Shown here: positions 10,647 to 21,148 of the stretch, piece by piece | Layout of the letters: each line of letters begins with the position of its first letter | Numbering within the stretch: position 1 is the first letter of the stretch | From: Thermoproteota archaeon | GTDB taxonomy: Archaea > Asgardarchaeota > Jordiarchaeia > Jordiarchaeales > Freyrarchaeaceae | Reading direction: 5' to 3' | NCBI GenBank assembly: GCA_029258835.1 | Contig: JAPDJY010000018.1 | Span: forward strand, 1 to 38,607 | Length of the DNA: 38,607 bases | Made by a program: the position numbers and the translations under genes | Notes under the pieces: generated by a model | The model's input: the letters and a program-made list of their open reading frames with translations, nothing else | Told to the model about the DNA's origin: nothing | Database searches by the model: none

Positions 10647-11396
10647 TTAGGCGTCAAACGGACGGTAGGAAGCTGGCTGCCCATCGCTGCTAAGCGTGCT
10701 TCCACGCGGTGCATTGCGGAGGGATGAAGCGTGCCTCCTCGAGGCGATGTGAGCCATCCTTATCGGCTCTGGTACGCGGTGCCTTGAAAGCTTAAATGTG
10801 AGGTTTATGGCTGTTTCCAAGGAAACCTTGTGGCCGACGCTCACGTAGACCGGCCTTGCCGAGTTAAATTGGACTGACGCCCCCACAGTCCTTCCCTTAA
10901 AGGAGATCGGCGTGTACGGGACTCCGAGGGATGTTCTCCTCGGCTTTAGGGGCTTCCCGCATAGTAGCTTTTTGGCTACGCCTACAGTTGGCTTGTCGAT
11001 AAGCACTCCGAGGTGGGATGCTGCTCCTAGGAAGTATGGGTGGAGGACGCCGTTGGCGTCAACCATGAAAACGTCGACGTCCCCCTTGAGGAGCCTGATC
11101 GCCTTTAGGAGAGGGGGGAGCTCCCTGAAGGAGAGGAACGTCGGTATGTACGGGAAGTAGACTGGGGAGACGACGCACGCCTGCTCCACCACGCTTAAAC
11201 CGTCCAGTCCTAGGGTTACTGCGCATGCTACAGCTAGGCTTCCACTGTAGGACACGTCGAGGCCGCAGACGTTTTCAAGCTTGCTGAAGCAGTCCTCTTC
11301 GACCACTCTCTCTGCGAGTTTAACCTGGATGGCCCTAAGCTTTTCAAGGTTGACCCTTCGAGGTTTAACAGTCGATTTCAAGGGGGACACCTTCAC
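10647..11396 (-). CDS. nfi: Endonuclease V
   Basis: CGLDVSY, FPYIPTFLSFRE, VDANGVLHP, GAASHLG, GVAK, PVYVSVGH, RVPEPIRMAH. Confidence 0.93.
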   Translation of the reverse strand: MKVSPLKSTVKPRRVNLEKLRAIQVKLAERVVEEDCFSKLENVCGLDVSYSGSLAVACAVTLGLDGLSVVEQACVVSPVYFPYIPTFLSFRELPPLLKAIRLLKGDVDVFMVDANGVLHPYFLGAASHLGVLIDKPTVGVAKKLLCGKPLKPRRTSLGVPYTPISFKGRTVGASVQFNSARPVYVSVGHKVSLETAINLTFKLSRHRVPEPIRMAHIASRRHASSLRNAPRGSTLSSDGQPASYRPFDA

Positions 11397-12199
11397 GGTA
11401 GGTCGTAGCTTTCAGGGGGAAACTCCTTCACCACGGGGCACCCTGCTAAGGCCTGCTCCAGGCTTGCCACCATCCTGTTGAACAGGAGTTCGAAGAGTCC
11501 TCTGGCGCCCTCACCCATGACAGCCCTCACGAAGACGAAGAAGGAGCTGTCCCCTATCCTTTTGAGGCGCCACTCCTCCACGCCACCCCTAACCCTGCTT
11601 GAAAGGGTTAGCTCCACTCCCGGGGTATTAGGGAGGCTTCTCAGCATGCTGAAGCACGACTGCCTTATCTTTAGGTCCGGGCGTTTACCCGGCTCCCAGC
11701 TTGCGACAACCCCCCTCTCCATGGAGAGGAGGTAGGCGTTCCGTATGGAGAGGTTTATCTGCTTCCCCGAGATCCACCGCAGCTTCTGGTCGAGCAGCCT
11801 TGTGATGCCCTTAGGAACCCCCTCAGGGCTTAGAAGCTTAACAAGCTTCTCCTTCGTCTCCTCGCTCATGGGGAGGTACGAGGTCGGGAGGGGGGATGAG
11901 AAGTCGCACTCCTTCTCAAGCATCCTAACAGCCTTACTCACCTTGTAGTATATTAGCTCCGAGTTGTCGGTTGAGTCATGGATGCAAACCCATATGCCCC
12001 TGAGGGTTTCGGCCATGGTTAAAGCGTAGGGGGGGATCTCGACCTCCCGGTACCACTGCTTCTTGCCGAATATCTCCGTGAAGAACTTGTTTAGGGCGAG
12101 TATCATGCCCGAGAAGAGGGTGTACTCTATCCCCAGCCCGTCGTCGTACGCCAGCCTCCCTACACCGTCCTCTCCAATCAGCAGGAAAGCGTGGATCAT
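11393..12199 (-). CDS. Hypothetical protein with N-terminal longin-like domain and a second longin/roadblock-like domain
   Basis: MIHAFLLIGEDG..TLFSGMILALNKFFTEIFG matches the beta-beta-alpha longin pattern by eye. 4-nt overlap with nfi. Confidence 0.6.
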   Translation of the reverse strand: MIHAFLLIGEDGVGRLAYDDGLGIEYTLFSGMILALNKFFTEIFGKKQWYREVEIPPYALTMAETLRGIWVCIHDSTDNSELIYYKVSKAVRMLEKECDFSSPLPTSYLPMSEETKEKLVKLLSPEGVPKGITRLLDQKLRWISGKQINLSIRNAYLLSMERGVVASWEPGKRPDLKIRQSCFSMLRSLPNTPGVELTLSSRVRGGVEEWRLKRIGDSSFFVFVRAVMGEGARGLFELLFNRMVASLEQALAGCPVVKEFPPESYDLP

Positions 12200-12317
12200 C
12201 GCTAACCCCCCTTCCTATCCAAGAACTTAAAAAGGGGGAACCAGACATAAAACCCTAACGGGAACCTTTAAAAGGAAAAAAGAGGGAGCCATGGAATGAA
12301 GGAGGAGGTGAGCTCTC

Positions 12318-13454
12318 ATGGATTTCGAACTCGCAGAGGAGCAGAAGATTGTTAGGAGAACGGTTAGGGAGTTCGCCGAGAGGGAGATAGCTCCGAAAGC
12401 CAGGGAGTATGATGAAAGGGAGGAGTTCCCATGGGAAATCGTTGAAAAGCTTTTCGAGCAGGGGATCATGGGGGCGCTCATACCGCCAGAGTATGGAGGG
12501 TCGGGGATGGACAGCGTATCCCAGACCATAGCCATAGAGGAGGTTGCCCGCGCCTGCGCCGGAACAGCCATGACGCTTGCAATCCACAGCTCCCTGTGCA
12601 CCTACGCAATCCTGAAGTATGGGTCGGACGAGCAGAAGGAGAAGTTCCTTCCCAAGCTCGCAAAGGACACCGTAGGGGCGTTCTCCCTCACCGAGCCGGA
12701 GGCGGGATCGGACCCGTCGGGAATGAGAACCACAGCCACCTTGGACGGGGACGAATACGTGTTGAACGGGACGAAGATATTCGTAACCAACGGGGGGGTT
12801 GCGGGGCTGGTAATAGTCTTCGCCAGAACGCCCGCTGAGGAGGCTAAGAGGTCTATAACAGCCTTCCTAGTGGAGAAGGGTACGCCCGGGCTTAAGGTCG
12901 GGAAGAAGGAGAGTAAGCTTGGGATAAGGTCTTCCAACACGACGGAGCTGATCCTCGAGGACTGCAGGGTGCCCAAGGAGAACGTCCTCGGCGGGGTGGG
13001 TGAAGGATACAGGATAGCCCTAGCGTCCCTGGACTCGGGGAGGGTTGGCATAGCGGCCCAGTCCCTGGGCATAGCTCAGGCGGCGCTTGACGCATCCATA
13101 AGGTATTCGAAGGAGAGGGTGCAGTTTGGCTCGCCAATAGCGAGGTTCCAGGCAATCCAGTGGATGATAGCGGACATGGCGACGGAGATAGAGGCAGCCA
13201 GGCTTCTAACCTACAAGGCGGCTTACCTGAGAGGTAAGGGGGAAAGGTTCACCAAGGAGGCGGCAATGGCGAAGCTCTACGCATCGGAGGTTGCCATGAG
13301 GGCTGCGAGGAACGCCGTCCAGATCCATGGAGGCTACGGCTTCACTAGGGAGTACGAGGTGGAGCGCCTGTTCAGGGATGCGAAGGGAACCGAGATCTAC
13401 GAGGGAACCAGCGAAATCCAGCGTATGGTGATAGCCGGCCAGCTTCTGAGGTAG
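12318..13454 (+). CDS. Acyl-CoA dehydrogenase (short-chain/butyryl-CoA type)
   Basis: FSLTEPEAGSD, LNGTKIFVTNG, KLGIRSS, ERVQFG, QIHGGYG, EIYEGTSEIQ; RBS GGAGGTG. Confidence 0.95.
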   Translation: MDFELAEEQKIVRRTVREFAEREIAPKAREYDEREEFPWEIVEKLFEQGIMGALIPPEYGGSGMDSVSQTIAIEEVARACAGTAMTLAIHSSLCTYAILKYGSDEQKEKFLPKLAKDTVGAFSLTEPEAGSDPSGMRTTATLDGDEYVLNGTKIFVTNGGVAGLVIVFARTPAEEAKRSITAFLVEKGTPGLKVGKKESKLGIRSSNTTELILEDCRVPKENVLGGVGEGYRIALASLDSGRVGIAAQSLGIAQAALDASIRYSKERVQFGSPIARFQAIQWMIADMATEIEAARLLTYKAAYLRGKGERFTKEAAMAKLYASEVAMRAARNAVQIHGGYGFTREYEVERLFRDAKGTEIYEGTSEIQRMVIAGQLLR

Positions 13455-13459
13455 GCAAG

Positions 13460-14248
13460 ATGCACGTTATAGTGTGCGTGAAGCAGGTTCCCAGCGTTGA
13501 GAAGGTGAGGGTTGACCCGGAAACCGGCAGGATAGCGAGGGAAGAAGCCCCAACCATGATCAACCCTGAGGACAGGAACGCTCTGGAGGAGGCGTTGAGG
13601 GTTAAGGAGAAGCTCGGGTGGAGGGTGACGGCTCTAAGCATGGGTCCACCCCAGGCTGAGGAGGCCCTGAGGGAAGCCCTAGCCATGGGGGCAGACCGCG
13701 CCGTCCTGGTCTCGGATCCCGCGCTGGCAGGGTCGGACGCGTTCGTAACGTCAAGGGTCCTCGCGGAGGCCGCCAAGAGGCTGCAGCCCTTCAAGCTGAT
13801 ACTGTGCGGGAGCAGGTCTGTCGACGGGGAGACGGGGATGGTTGGAATACAACTCGCCGAGGAGCTCGGGCTCCCCCAGGTCACGTGGGCTGTGAACCTG
13901 ACGGTTGAAGGGGACACCGTCACCGCTGGACGATGGGTTGACGGGTGGTATGAGGTGGTTGAGGCCAGGCTCCCGGCCGTCGTAACCGTGGTCGGAGAGA
14001 TAAACAAGCCCCGATACCCTACCATGAGGGGGATAATGGAGGCTTGCAGGAGGAAGACCGTTGAGGTTGTGACGCTGAAAGACCTTGGAATCCTCCCAAG
14101 CTCTGTTGGGTTGAATGGCTCCCCCACCGTGGTTGAAAGGGTTTTCCAGCCTGAAAGGAGGCGGGGAGGCATAGTGCTAAGGGGGAGCGTAGATGAGCTG
14201 GCGAGGAAGGTTGCAGAGGTTATAGTGAGGGAGCTGGCGAGGGGGTAG
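13460..14248 (+). CDS. etfB: Electron transfer flavoprotein beta subunit
   Basis: VCVKQVP, INPEDRNALEEA, SMGPPQA, AMGADRA, SVDGETG, INKPRYP. Confidence 0.95.
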   Translation: MHVIVCVKQVPSVEKVRVDPETGRIAREEAPTMINPEDRNALEEALRVKEKLGWRVTALSMGPPQAEEALREALAMGADRAVLVSDPALAGSDAFVTSRVLAEAAKRLQPFKLILCGSRSVDGETGMVGIQLAEELGLPQVTWAVNLTVEGDTVTAGRWVDGWYEVVEARLPAVVTVVGEINKPRYPTMRGIMEACRRKTVEVVTLKDLGILPSSVGLNGSPTVVERVFQPERRRGGIVLRGSVDELARKVAEVIVRELARG

Positions 14249-14250
14249 GG

Positions 14251-15237
14251 TTGGGGGAGGAGGGTGAGTGCTGGGTTTTCGCCGAGCATGAGGGAGGCGA
14301 GGTGAGGAGGGCCTCCTTGGAGCTGCTCGCCAAGGGGAGGGAGCTGGCCGACGAGCTCTCGGAGAAGCTTTCAGCGGTAATTCTCGGCTGGAGGGTTGAG
14401 GGCGCCGCAAGGTCCCTGACACGCCACGGCGCAGACAAGGTTTACATGGTGGAGCACCCCCTCCTGGGGGAGTACCAGGTAGACCTTTACTGCAAGGCGG
14501 TCTCGGACCTGGCTTCGGAGTGGAGGCCTGACGCCATCCTGTTCAGCTCCACCTTCACAGGTCGAGACCTTGCTCCAAGGGTTGCCAAGAGGCTTGGGAC
14601 GGGTATGACGGCTGACTGCGTGGAGCTGAGGGTTGACAGGGAGAGGAGGCTGATTAAGCAGGTTAAGCCGAGTTTCGGAGGGAACATAATGGCTGAAATA
14701 GTCATACGCCGGAAGCCGCAGATAGCGACGGTTAAGCCGGGGGTTGCCGAGGTGAGGGAGGAGGATAGGGGTGGGGTGATCGTAAGGGTTCACCCAGACC
14801 TTTCCGAAGGCGAGGTTAAAACCCGGAGGCTGAAGATTACCCCTTCTGGTCGAACGGTGGACTTGGAGGAGGCTAAGGTGGTCGTTGCCGGGGGGAGGGG
14901 GGCAGGCAGGGAGGGGTTCAAGCTGTTAGGGGAGCTGGCATCGATGCTCGGGGGGGAGGTTGGGGGGACGAGGCCCGCCGTGGATGAGGGGTGGCTACCG
15001 AGGGAGAGGCAGATAGGGCAGTCTGGAAGGTCGGTTTCCCCAAGGTTATACTTGGCCTTCGGCGTCTCCGGAGCCATCCAGCACGTGGTCGGGTTTAGGA
15101 GGGCTGGCTTCGTGGTGGCTGTGAACAGGGATCCTGAAGCGCCCATATTCGGTGAGGCTGACGTTGGGGTGGTGGCAGACCTACACGAGTTCCTGCCGGC
15201 TCTCATAAGGGAGCTGGAGGATGCGTTGAAGAAGTAG
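14251..15237 (+). CDS. etfA: Electron transfer flavoprotein alpha subunit
   Basis: GRDLAPRVA, TADC, PSFGGN, VAGGRG, QIGQSG, GVSGAIQH, AVNRDPEAPIF. Confidence 0.95.
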   Translation: MGEEGECWVFAEHEGGEVRRASLELLAKGRELADELSEKLSAVILGWRVEGAARSLTRHGADKVYMVEHPLLGEYQVDLYCKAVSDLASEWRPDAILFSSTFTGRDLAPRVAKRLGTGMTADCVELRVDRERRLIKQVKPSFGGNIMAEIVIRRKPQIATVKPGVAEVREEDRGGVIVRVHPDLSEGEVKTRRLKITPSGRTVDLEEAKVVVAGGRGAGREGFKLLGELASMLGGEVGGTRPAVDEGWLPRERQIGQSGRSVSPRLYLAFGVSGAIQHVVGFRRAGFVVAVNRDPEAPIFGEADVGVVADLHEFLPALIRELEDALKK

Positions 15238-16062
15238 TCACCACTCTTCGCAGATGCTGTTTAGGAGCTTCCTGTGGAGTCTCTCGTAGAAATTCCACCT
15301 CGTGTAGATGAGCTTAAAGCTCTTCTCTGACGACTTAACCGTTAACGTCTGGTCGTTGTCAACTCGTTTTTCCTCGTCCACGAGCTGCCCATCCGTTATG
15401 ACGTATGCCGGGTGCCCCCCAGTGTTCTTGAGGGAAACGGTGGTTTCCACTGGTAGGACCATTGGGGGGACACGTGAGCCGTAAAACTGGGCGACGAACG
15501 AGAGGGAGATCGCCTTCAAGCGGGGGTGAACTATCGAGCCGCCGGCTGAAAGGTTGTATGCTGTGGAGCCGAGGGGGGATGCAACTATAACCTTGTCAGA
15601 CCTCACGTTCGCTATGCACACGCCGTCAAGGCTCAGCATGCAGTTCATAAGCTTCCCCTGCTCGCCGCTCAGGACTACCTCGTTTACTGCGAAGCCGACT
15701 AGCTCCCCATCAACGAAGGCGTCGAGCACGTTAAACGACTCGGCGTAGAAGTATCCTTCCAGTATCTTCTTCACCTCTGGAACCGCCTCCGAGGCGTCGA
15801 CCGACGTGAGGAAGCCTAGCCTGCCAGAGTTGACGGGGAAGATGGGTACGTCCACCCCCCGGCTGACGACCATCCTGGCAGTGCTGATGACGGTTCCATC
15901 TCCACCGTTGGAGACAATGAAGCTCATCCCCTCAACTATGTCGGAGGGGGACTTTATGACCACTGCTTCATGCCCCTCAGACCTCAAGAAGTCCATGATC
16001 CTCTGGGTGGTGGAGGCGGCTCCCTCAGAACCCCATCTAACCACGAACCCCACTAGAACCAT
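15238..16062 (-). CDS. ppnK: NAD(+) kinase
   Basis: GGDGT, VNSGRLGFL, NE motif, SPLGSTAYNLSAGG, TDGQ. Confidence 0.92.
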   Translation of the reverse strand: MVLVGFVVRWGSEGAASTTQRIMDFLRSEGHEAVVIKSPSDIVEGMSFIVSNGGDGTVISTARMVVSRGVDVPIFPVNSGRLGFLTSVDASEAVPEVKKILEGYFYAESFNVLDAFVDGELVGFAVNEVVLSGEQGKLMNCMLSLDGVCIANVRSDKVIVASPLGSTAYNLSAGGSIVHPRLKAISLSFVAQFYGSRVPPMVLPVETTVSLKNTGGHPAYVITDGQLVDEEKRVDNDQTLTVKSSEKSFKLIYTRWNFYERLHRKLLNSICEEW

Positions 16063-16503
16063 TAGAACCCTCCCCTTTTTAACTAAAAGAGAAGGAGAAA
16101 GGGAAAATAAACGTTACCTTCACCAACGCTCAAACCGGCGACGTGAATGGAAGGGTGCAGGAAGCCAAGCGAGGGTGAGTGAGGAATGAACCATCGTTCT
16201 AATTGAATGCATGTGGCGCGGGTCCCTGCGGGTGTTGTGGCTCCGCCGGAGCGGAACGTAGGTGTTCGACGGTTAGCCTGCGAGGGTTGAAGGGTTAAGC
16301 CTTAAGGTGCGTCCATGAACCGGGTGCCATGAGGGAATGCTTAGCGCTTCTCTTAACACGTTTGAAGATTGTGAAAAATGGGTGAGGGGACGGGCATACC
16401 CGCCTGCACGTGTCACCGTCCGTGTCCCTGTGTGGAGGATGGGTTGGCCATTTGGCAGCATCTCGGAGGTTGAAAAGGGTGGAAGGGAGGCGGGTGAAGC
16501 AGG

Positions 16504-17709
16504 CTATTTCTTTAGTCGTTCGTTAAGGAGGCTGACCACGTCCTTCACTTGCATCTGGAGTGATGGGTCTGCTGCCCCGGCATCTGACAGGTTCCTCTCG
16601 CAGAACGGGCAGGCTGAGAGCAGGAGCTGGGCTCCCGTCTCCTTAGCGTGGCTAAGCCGCTCCTTAGCTATCGAGACCGCCAGCTCGGGGAATGCGCTCT
16701 TAACCCCTCCACCAGCCCCGCAACATAGGGCCCCATCCCTGTTCCTCCTCATCTCGACAAGCTTGACACCCGGTATCGACTCTATGAGCTTTCTTGGTTC
16801 CTCGTACACTCCGCAGTGTCTTCCCAGGTGGCATGGGTCATGGTAAGTTACGGTTAGCTCGCCCTCGACCAGCTCAAGCCTTCCCTCCTCAACTAGCCTG
16901 GCCAGAAACTCTGTTACGTGCAAAACCTCGAAGGGTAGTTCGCCTAGAAGCTCAGGGTAGTCCTTTTTAAGCGTCCTGTAGCATCCGGCGCAGTGTGTTA
17001 CGATGGTCTTCGCCCCAGCCCTCTTGAAAACGTCAAGGTTGTGCTTCGCCAGCTTCGCCGTGAGCTCCCTGTCTCCCACCCTCAACGCAACGGAGCCGCA
17101 GCACCACTCTTCAGGGGAAACGGCGAGGTTCACTCCCGCCGCGGACGCGACGTCGTAAACGTCCTGGCATATGTTCGGTATCCTGTACGGCCCGGTGCAC
17201 CCTATAAAGAAGAAGACTTCTCCCTTGGACTTGAGCTCGCGTCCACCCGCCCATTTGAGCTTGTCAGCATGCTTCTCCATGTAGGGGTTGTGCTCCTTCC
17301 TGGTCCAGTCGAGGATCACCCTGTGCCTCGGCATGGGTCCTAAGCCGAGCTCAACCAGGTCTGCCCTAAGAGCTTCGAAGAGGCGTGTATGATCCAGATA
17401 CTGGCTCGTGGGCCAAGTTATCGATTCTACACCTGACACGTGGCAGACGGCCTTGCACGCCCCGCAGGTTGTACACTGGTACATGACGCGGGCGAACTCC
17501 TCGTTGGGCTCAAACTTGCCTTCCAGAAGGCCCTTGATAGCCCTTATCTTCCCCCTAGCATAGTACGGTTCAAAGCCGGGGGTGTGATCCACCATCGGGC
17601 AGACACCGTACCAGTTAAGAAACTGCCTGTAGGCAGCTCTACAGTCGCCTATACCAGAACAGGAGTACGCCATGCTAGATAACTCTTTAATATGTTTGAA
17701 TTCAACCAT
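16504..17709 (-). CDS. HdrD/GlpC-like Fe-S protein with two CCG domains
   Basis: CTTCGACKAVC, WCCG, HCAGC, YHDPCHLGR, CCGAGGG, ACPFC. Confidence 0.92.
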   Translation of the reverse strand: MVEFKHIKELSSMAYSCSGIGDCRAAYRQFLNWYGVCPMVDHTPGFEPYYARGKIRAIKGLLEGKFEPNEEFARVMYQCTTCGACKAVCHVSGVESITWPTSQYLDHTRLFEALRADLVELGLGPMPRHRVILDWTRKEHNPYMEKHADKLKWAGGRELKSKGEVFFFIGCTGPYRIPNICQDVYDVASAAGVNLAVSPEEWCCGSVALRVGDRELTAKLAKHNLDVFKRAGAKTIVTHCAGCYRTLKKDYPELLGELPFEVLHVTEFLARLVEEGRLELVEGELTVTYHDPCHLGRHCGVYEEPRKLIESIPGVKLVEMRRNRDGALCCGAGGGVKSAFPELAVSIAKERLSHAKETGAQLLLSACPFCERNLSDAGAADPSLQMQVKDVVSLLNERLKK

Positions 17710-17722
17710 TCCTTCATTCCTC

Positions 17723-19210
17723 CTACAGCCTGTATTTTCCAGGGCTTAGGATCCTGTTAGGGTCAAGTGCGTTCTTCAACGTCCTGAGGAATTCAAAGTA
17801 TGGCCCTGAGAAGGCTCCCGTGTCCACTAGTGCCTGACTGTAGACTTCTCCCGTCATGTAGGGCATTCCTCCCGCTTTTATGACCATTTGGAGCTGGCTT
17901 ATCCAGAGCTTCCTGTTGAGCTCCCTCAGCTCAGGCTTATCCCACACGAGGAGGCCGCTGTCTACTTCAACCGTGGTATGGCCGCAGAGGATTGCCGTTG
18001 AGACCCCTGAGAAGGCGCCGGCCTTCTCCAAGAGGGGGCGATTCTCCTCCTCCCACTTCTCGAATGCCTTGAATATGTCTGGCACCCTGTGGATCGGGGC
18101 GTGGTGCTCCGTCGTGCATGGTATGCTGCCGGGCCCTATGCCATTCCATAACCCGTGCCAGTTCTGCCAGAACCCGTGCATTTCATAGTGCCACCTTGCT
18201 ATGTTCCCGTCCTCCACTTTCTCCCCCAGCTCTTCTCCTCCATGCTTCTTCACTATCTCATCCGCTATCTTAACCTTCTCCTCCAGCTCCTTCTCGGTGT
18301 AGGCCTCCAACGTGTACCAGAAGATCCCCTTGTCTATCCCTTTCCAGGCGGGGATGAAGGGGAACTCTGTGAGGAGCCCGGCGTACGCTATGACGGTTAA
18401 GGGCGGCAAGTACTGGGAGTCGTAGATCCCAAGATCCCCCTTCTTCCTCCATTCAAGCCATATCTTAGCGGCGTTAACCTCCCCCGGGTTCTCCAGCACG
18501 AAGGTCTTGCACTCGTGGTACTCTGGCCGGGGGAATATTTCTAGGGTTGCCTTCGTCTTTATTCCGAAGATCCCGTTGTCCCCCAAGAATATGCTCAGGA
18601 GGTCTGGTCCGAAGCCGAACCTGCAGAACGGCTCCTTAACGTAGATGCTGGCGTTCGACCCCGTCTGTATAATGTCCCCTTGGGGGAGGACGACTTCTAG
18701 GGCTACGCAGTGCTCGCTGCACGTCCCGTACTTGGCTCCTCCTCCGCCCCCAACCGAGTGATGGCTGAGGCCTCCCCCGACGACCGCGCTCATGCCGCTT
18801 CCCGGTCCAAGGGTTCCCGTGTAGTATCCTTTCTCGAAGAGTATGGTGTTCAGCTTAGCCCAAGTTATGCCGCACTCAGCCGTTACGGTCATGGCGTCGA
18901 AGTCTATGTTTAGGATCCTGTTCATCCTCGTCAGGTCCATCACTATTCCGCCTTCCTCAATCGGCTTGGAGCCCCCTGTCAGGCAGCATCCTCCACCCCT
19001 AGGGACTATGGGGATCTTATACCTGTTAGCTATCCTAACAACCCTTGAAACTTCCTCGGTTGAGCCGGGGCGGACGACGTACTCCGGCATCCTCTCCGGC
19101 AGCGCACCATCTATACCTCTAGAGTAGGTGTAGAGAATGAACTCTTCGTCGGAGACGTACTCAGACCCCACAGCGTCCTCGAGGGCACGTAAAACCCTAT
19201 CCAAAATCAA
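17723..19210 (-). CDS. GlcD/D-lactate-dehydrogenase-like FAD-binding oxidoreductase
   Basis: VVRPGSTEEVS, PRGGG, DLTRMNRI, LEVVLPQG, GDNGIFGI, LDPNRILSPGK. Confidence 0.9.
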   Translation of the reverse strand: MILDRVLRALEDAVGSEYVSDEEFILYTYSRGIDGALPERMPEYVVRPGSTEEVSRVVRIANRYKIPIVPRGGGCCLTGGSKPIEEGGIVMDLTRMNRILNIDFDAMTVTAECGITWAKLNTILFEKGYYTGTLGPGSGMSAVVGGGLSHHSVGGGGGAKYGTCSEHCVALEVVLPQGDIIQTGSNASIYVKEPFCRFGFGPDLLSIFLGDNGIFGIKTKATLEIFPRPEYHECKTFVLENPGEVNAAKIWLEWRKKGDLGIYDSQYLPPLTVIAYAGLLTEFPFIPAWKGIDKGIFWYTLEAYTEKELEEKVKIADEIVKKHGGEELGEKVEDGNIARWHYEMHGFWQNWHGLWNGIGPGSIPCTTEHHAPIHRVPDIFKAFEKWEEENRPLLEKAGAFSGVSTAILCGHTTVEVDSGLLVWDKPELRELNRKLWISQLQMVIKAGGMPYMTGEVYSQALVDTGAFSGPYFEFLRTLKNALDPNRILSPGKYRL

Positions 19211-20037
19211 AGCCTCCCAAAATAAACTGTTAAGTTCCCTTTACGTCACGCTGAAAAATAAAGCTTACCATGAACGCTCACGGCTGAGCGAAGGAGGGAT
19301 GAAATGGATTACCGTTAAGGTGTGCTGGGGGCAGCGTTAAACCCTGATGCCTTCGCCATCCCATGCTGCATCCTCAGCGTTTCGCCATGAAGGTTCCAAG
19401 TGATTGGAAACCATTTAACAGGAATCCTTCAGCTTGGTGGAGCCTTCCATAGCTTGCTTAGGGCCCGACTTCTTTAGGCGCCGTCAACCTTCAAAGCGGA
19501 TTCCCATGGAGCCGCCGGAGGACCTTCCCTCGTCTGGTTTAGAGCCGTGTGCAGCCGGCTGCCTCGGCGTCTCGCCCGCCGTGGATTCCCATATTTCGCC
19601 GATGCCTCCTCTGCGGGTGCTTCCAGCCCGCTGCCTAGATCGTGGCAGCCCGGCATTTGAGAATGATGCAACCGGGTTTAGTGCGCACCCTATGAAACCT
19701 GCAAGTTTGGAATACTACACCTTCTCCGAAGGGTTCCCCATCCCTCTAAGGATCCGGACACCCTACCAGTATGCTTCACACTTAAGTTCAAGGCTTCCCC
19801 CCAGCCGCCCCCCTTTTGGGTTTCGAAGGGGGCTTCAGCCCTCCACCCCCTCATCGCCTAGCGATGCATGTGTGAAGCTGGGGAAGCTATTTAACTTGTA
19901 AGCTATTTAACTGTCCCCGGGAGACCTTTAATGGGCGGTGTCCCTGCTTTCGAGATGCTTTGTTCCGTGGTGGGAGAGGCGTATCGTTTAAAAAGTTTGG
20001 ATGCCAGTTTTTCATAGTGTGGAGGCAGGCATGCGAG

Positions 20038-20625
20038 GTGGCGGAGGTGCCGCTCCTCCCGTGGCGCCTGTTCCACTCTTGGGGCTGCCTCATGTGCGGT
20101 GAATGCTGTGAAAAGTTTGAGGTTAGCCTCACACCTTCAGAGGCTGCTTTCCTAGTGAGAGAGTATGGGAGAGGGGTTGTCGAGAGGAGAGGTGGGAAGG
20201 TTTACTTGAGGCGCGTCGGCGGACGCTGCATCTTCCAGGATGGGAGGGCATGTGGCATACAGGACCACAAGCCATCAGCCTGCAAGGTCTGGCCGTTCAA
20301 GGTGTTAGACTACCCTTTAAGGGTTGATGACAGGTGGATGGCTGAGTACGTCTTCGCAGGGAGGACGTTTTACGTTTACGTTAACACCTTCTGTAGGGGG
20401 CTGAACAGGGGGGTTCCAATGTGGATGGTTATACCCGAAGCCGTGGCACTCCACTTGGGGTTGACAGGGAAGCAAACATTCACCACGTCGCTTCAGCCCT
20501 TCGGAGCGCTAAGCGAGGCGGAGTTATCCGTAGCCAAGAGAGTGGCCGTTCAGAGGCCTAGGAGGGGGAAAACGCTGCTGCAGGGGAGGGTAAGCACCCA
20601 CGGTTTACGTGCCTCCCCGAAGTAG
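20038..20625 (+). CDS. YkgJ-family cysteine-cluster protein (CxxCxxCC)
   Basis: CLMCGECC, CIF, CGIQDHKPSACKVWPF. Start placed at GTG 20038 (or 20047), downstream of TTTAAAAA at ~19987, rather than TTG 19960. Confidence 0.82.
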   Translation: MAEVPLLPWRLFHSWGCLMCGECCEKFEVSLTPSEAAFLVREYGRGVVERRGGKVYLRRVGGRCIFQDGRACGIQDHKPSACKVWPFKVLDYPLRVDDRWMAEYVFAGRTFYVYVNTFCRGLNRGVPMWMVIPEAVALHLGLTGKQTFTTSLQPFGALSEAELSVAKRVAVQRPRRGKTLLQGRVSTHGLRASPK

Positions 20626-21148
20626 GAGGCCGCCCTTAGCCATCCAGACCCTCCGGCGGCTCGCGCCTTAACACCATTCCACCATTCCTGCACAGGGCTG
20701 ACCTTAAAGCCCTCCAGCCTGCTGGGGTGAAGCGTGAAGCCGCAAAGTGGACGTTTCCGCCGGGTCCTCGGCGACAGCTAGCTTCTTCAGGCGTCTCAAT
20801 TCCTCTAACCTCAGCATCCACCAAGCAACGGCACCATTACTGCCGACGGAAATTTAGGCGGAGGTGGACGCCCATAACCATAATCACCCGTGTTCACGCT
20901 ACTTACGTTGCCGCGCTCATCTTAAGAGCTGAGGGTTGTGCACGTGAATTGTTCGAAGAGGGCTTTAGTCTGGGGGTTGTGGGGGATAGTTAAAGCCGAG
21001 GGGCTGCCAGCCCAGCTGCCGGGCATCAGAGGCTGCTTCACTTTGAAGTTTAAAAAAGGAAGGGTTATCTATGGCAGCTGGAAGTGCTTTAGCTTCTCGC
21101 TGGCTGGCTCCCCGCCCACACCCCAGTTCTCCTTCGGAACCTCATGGA

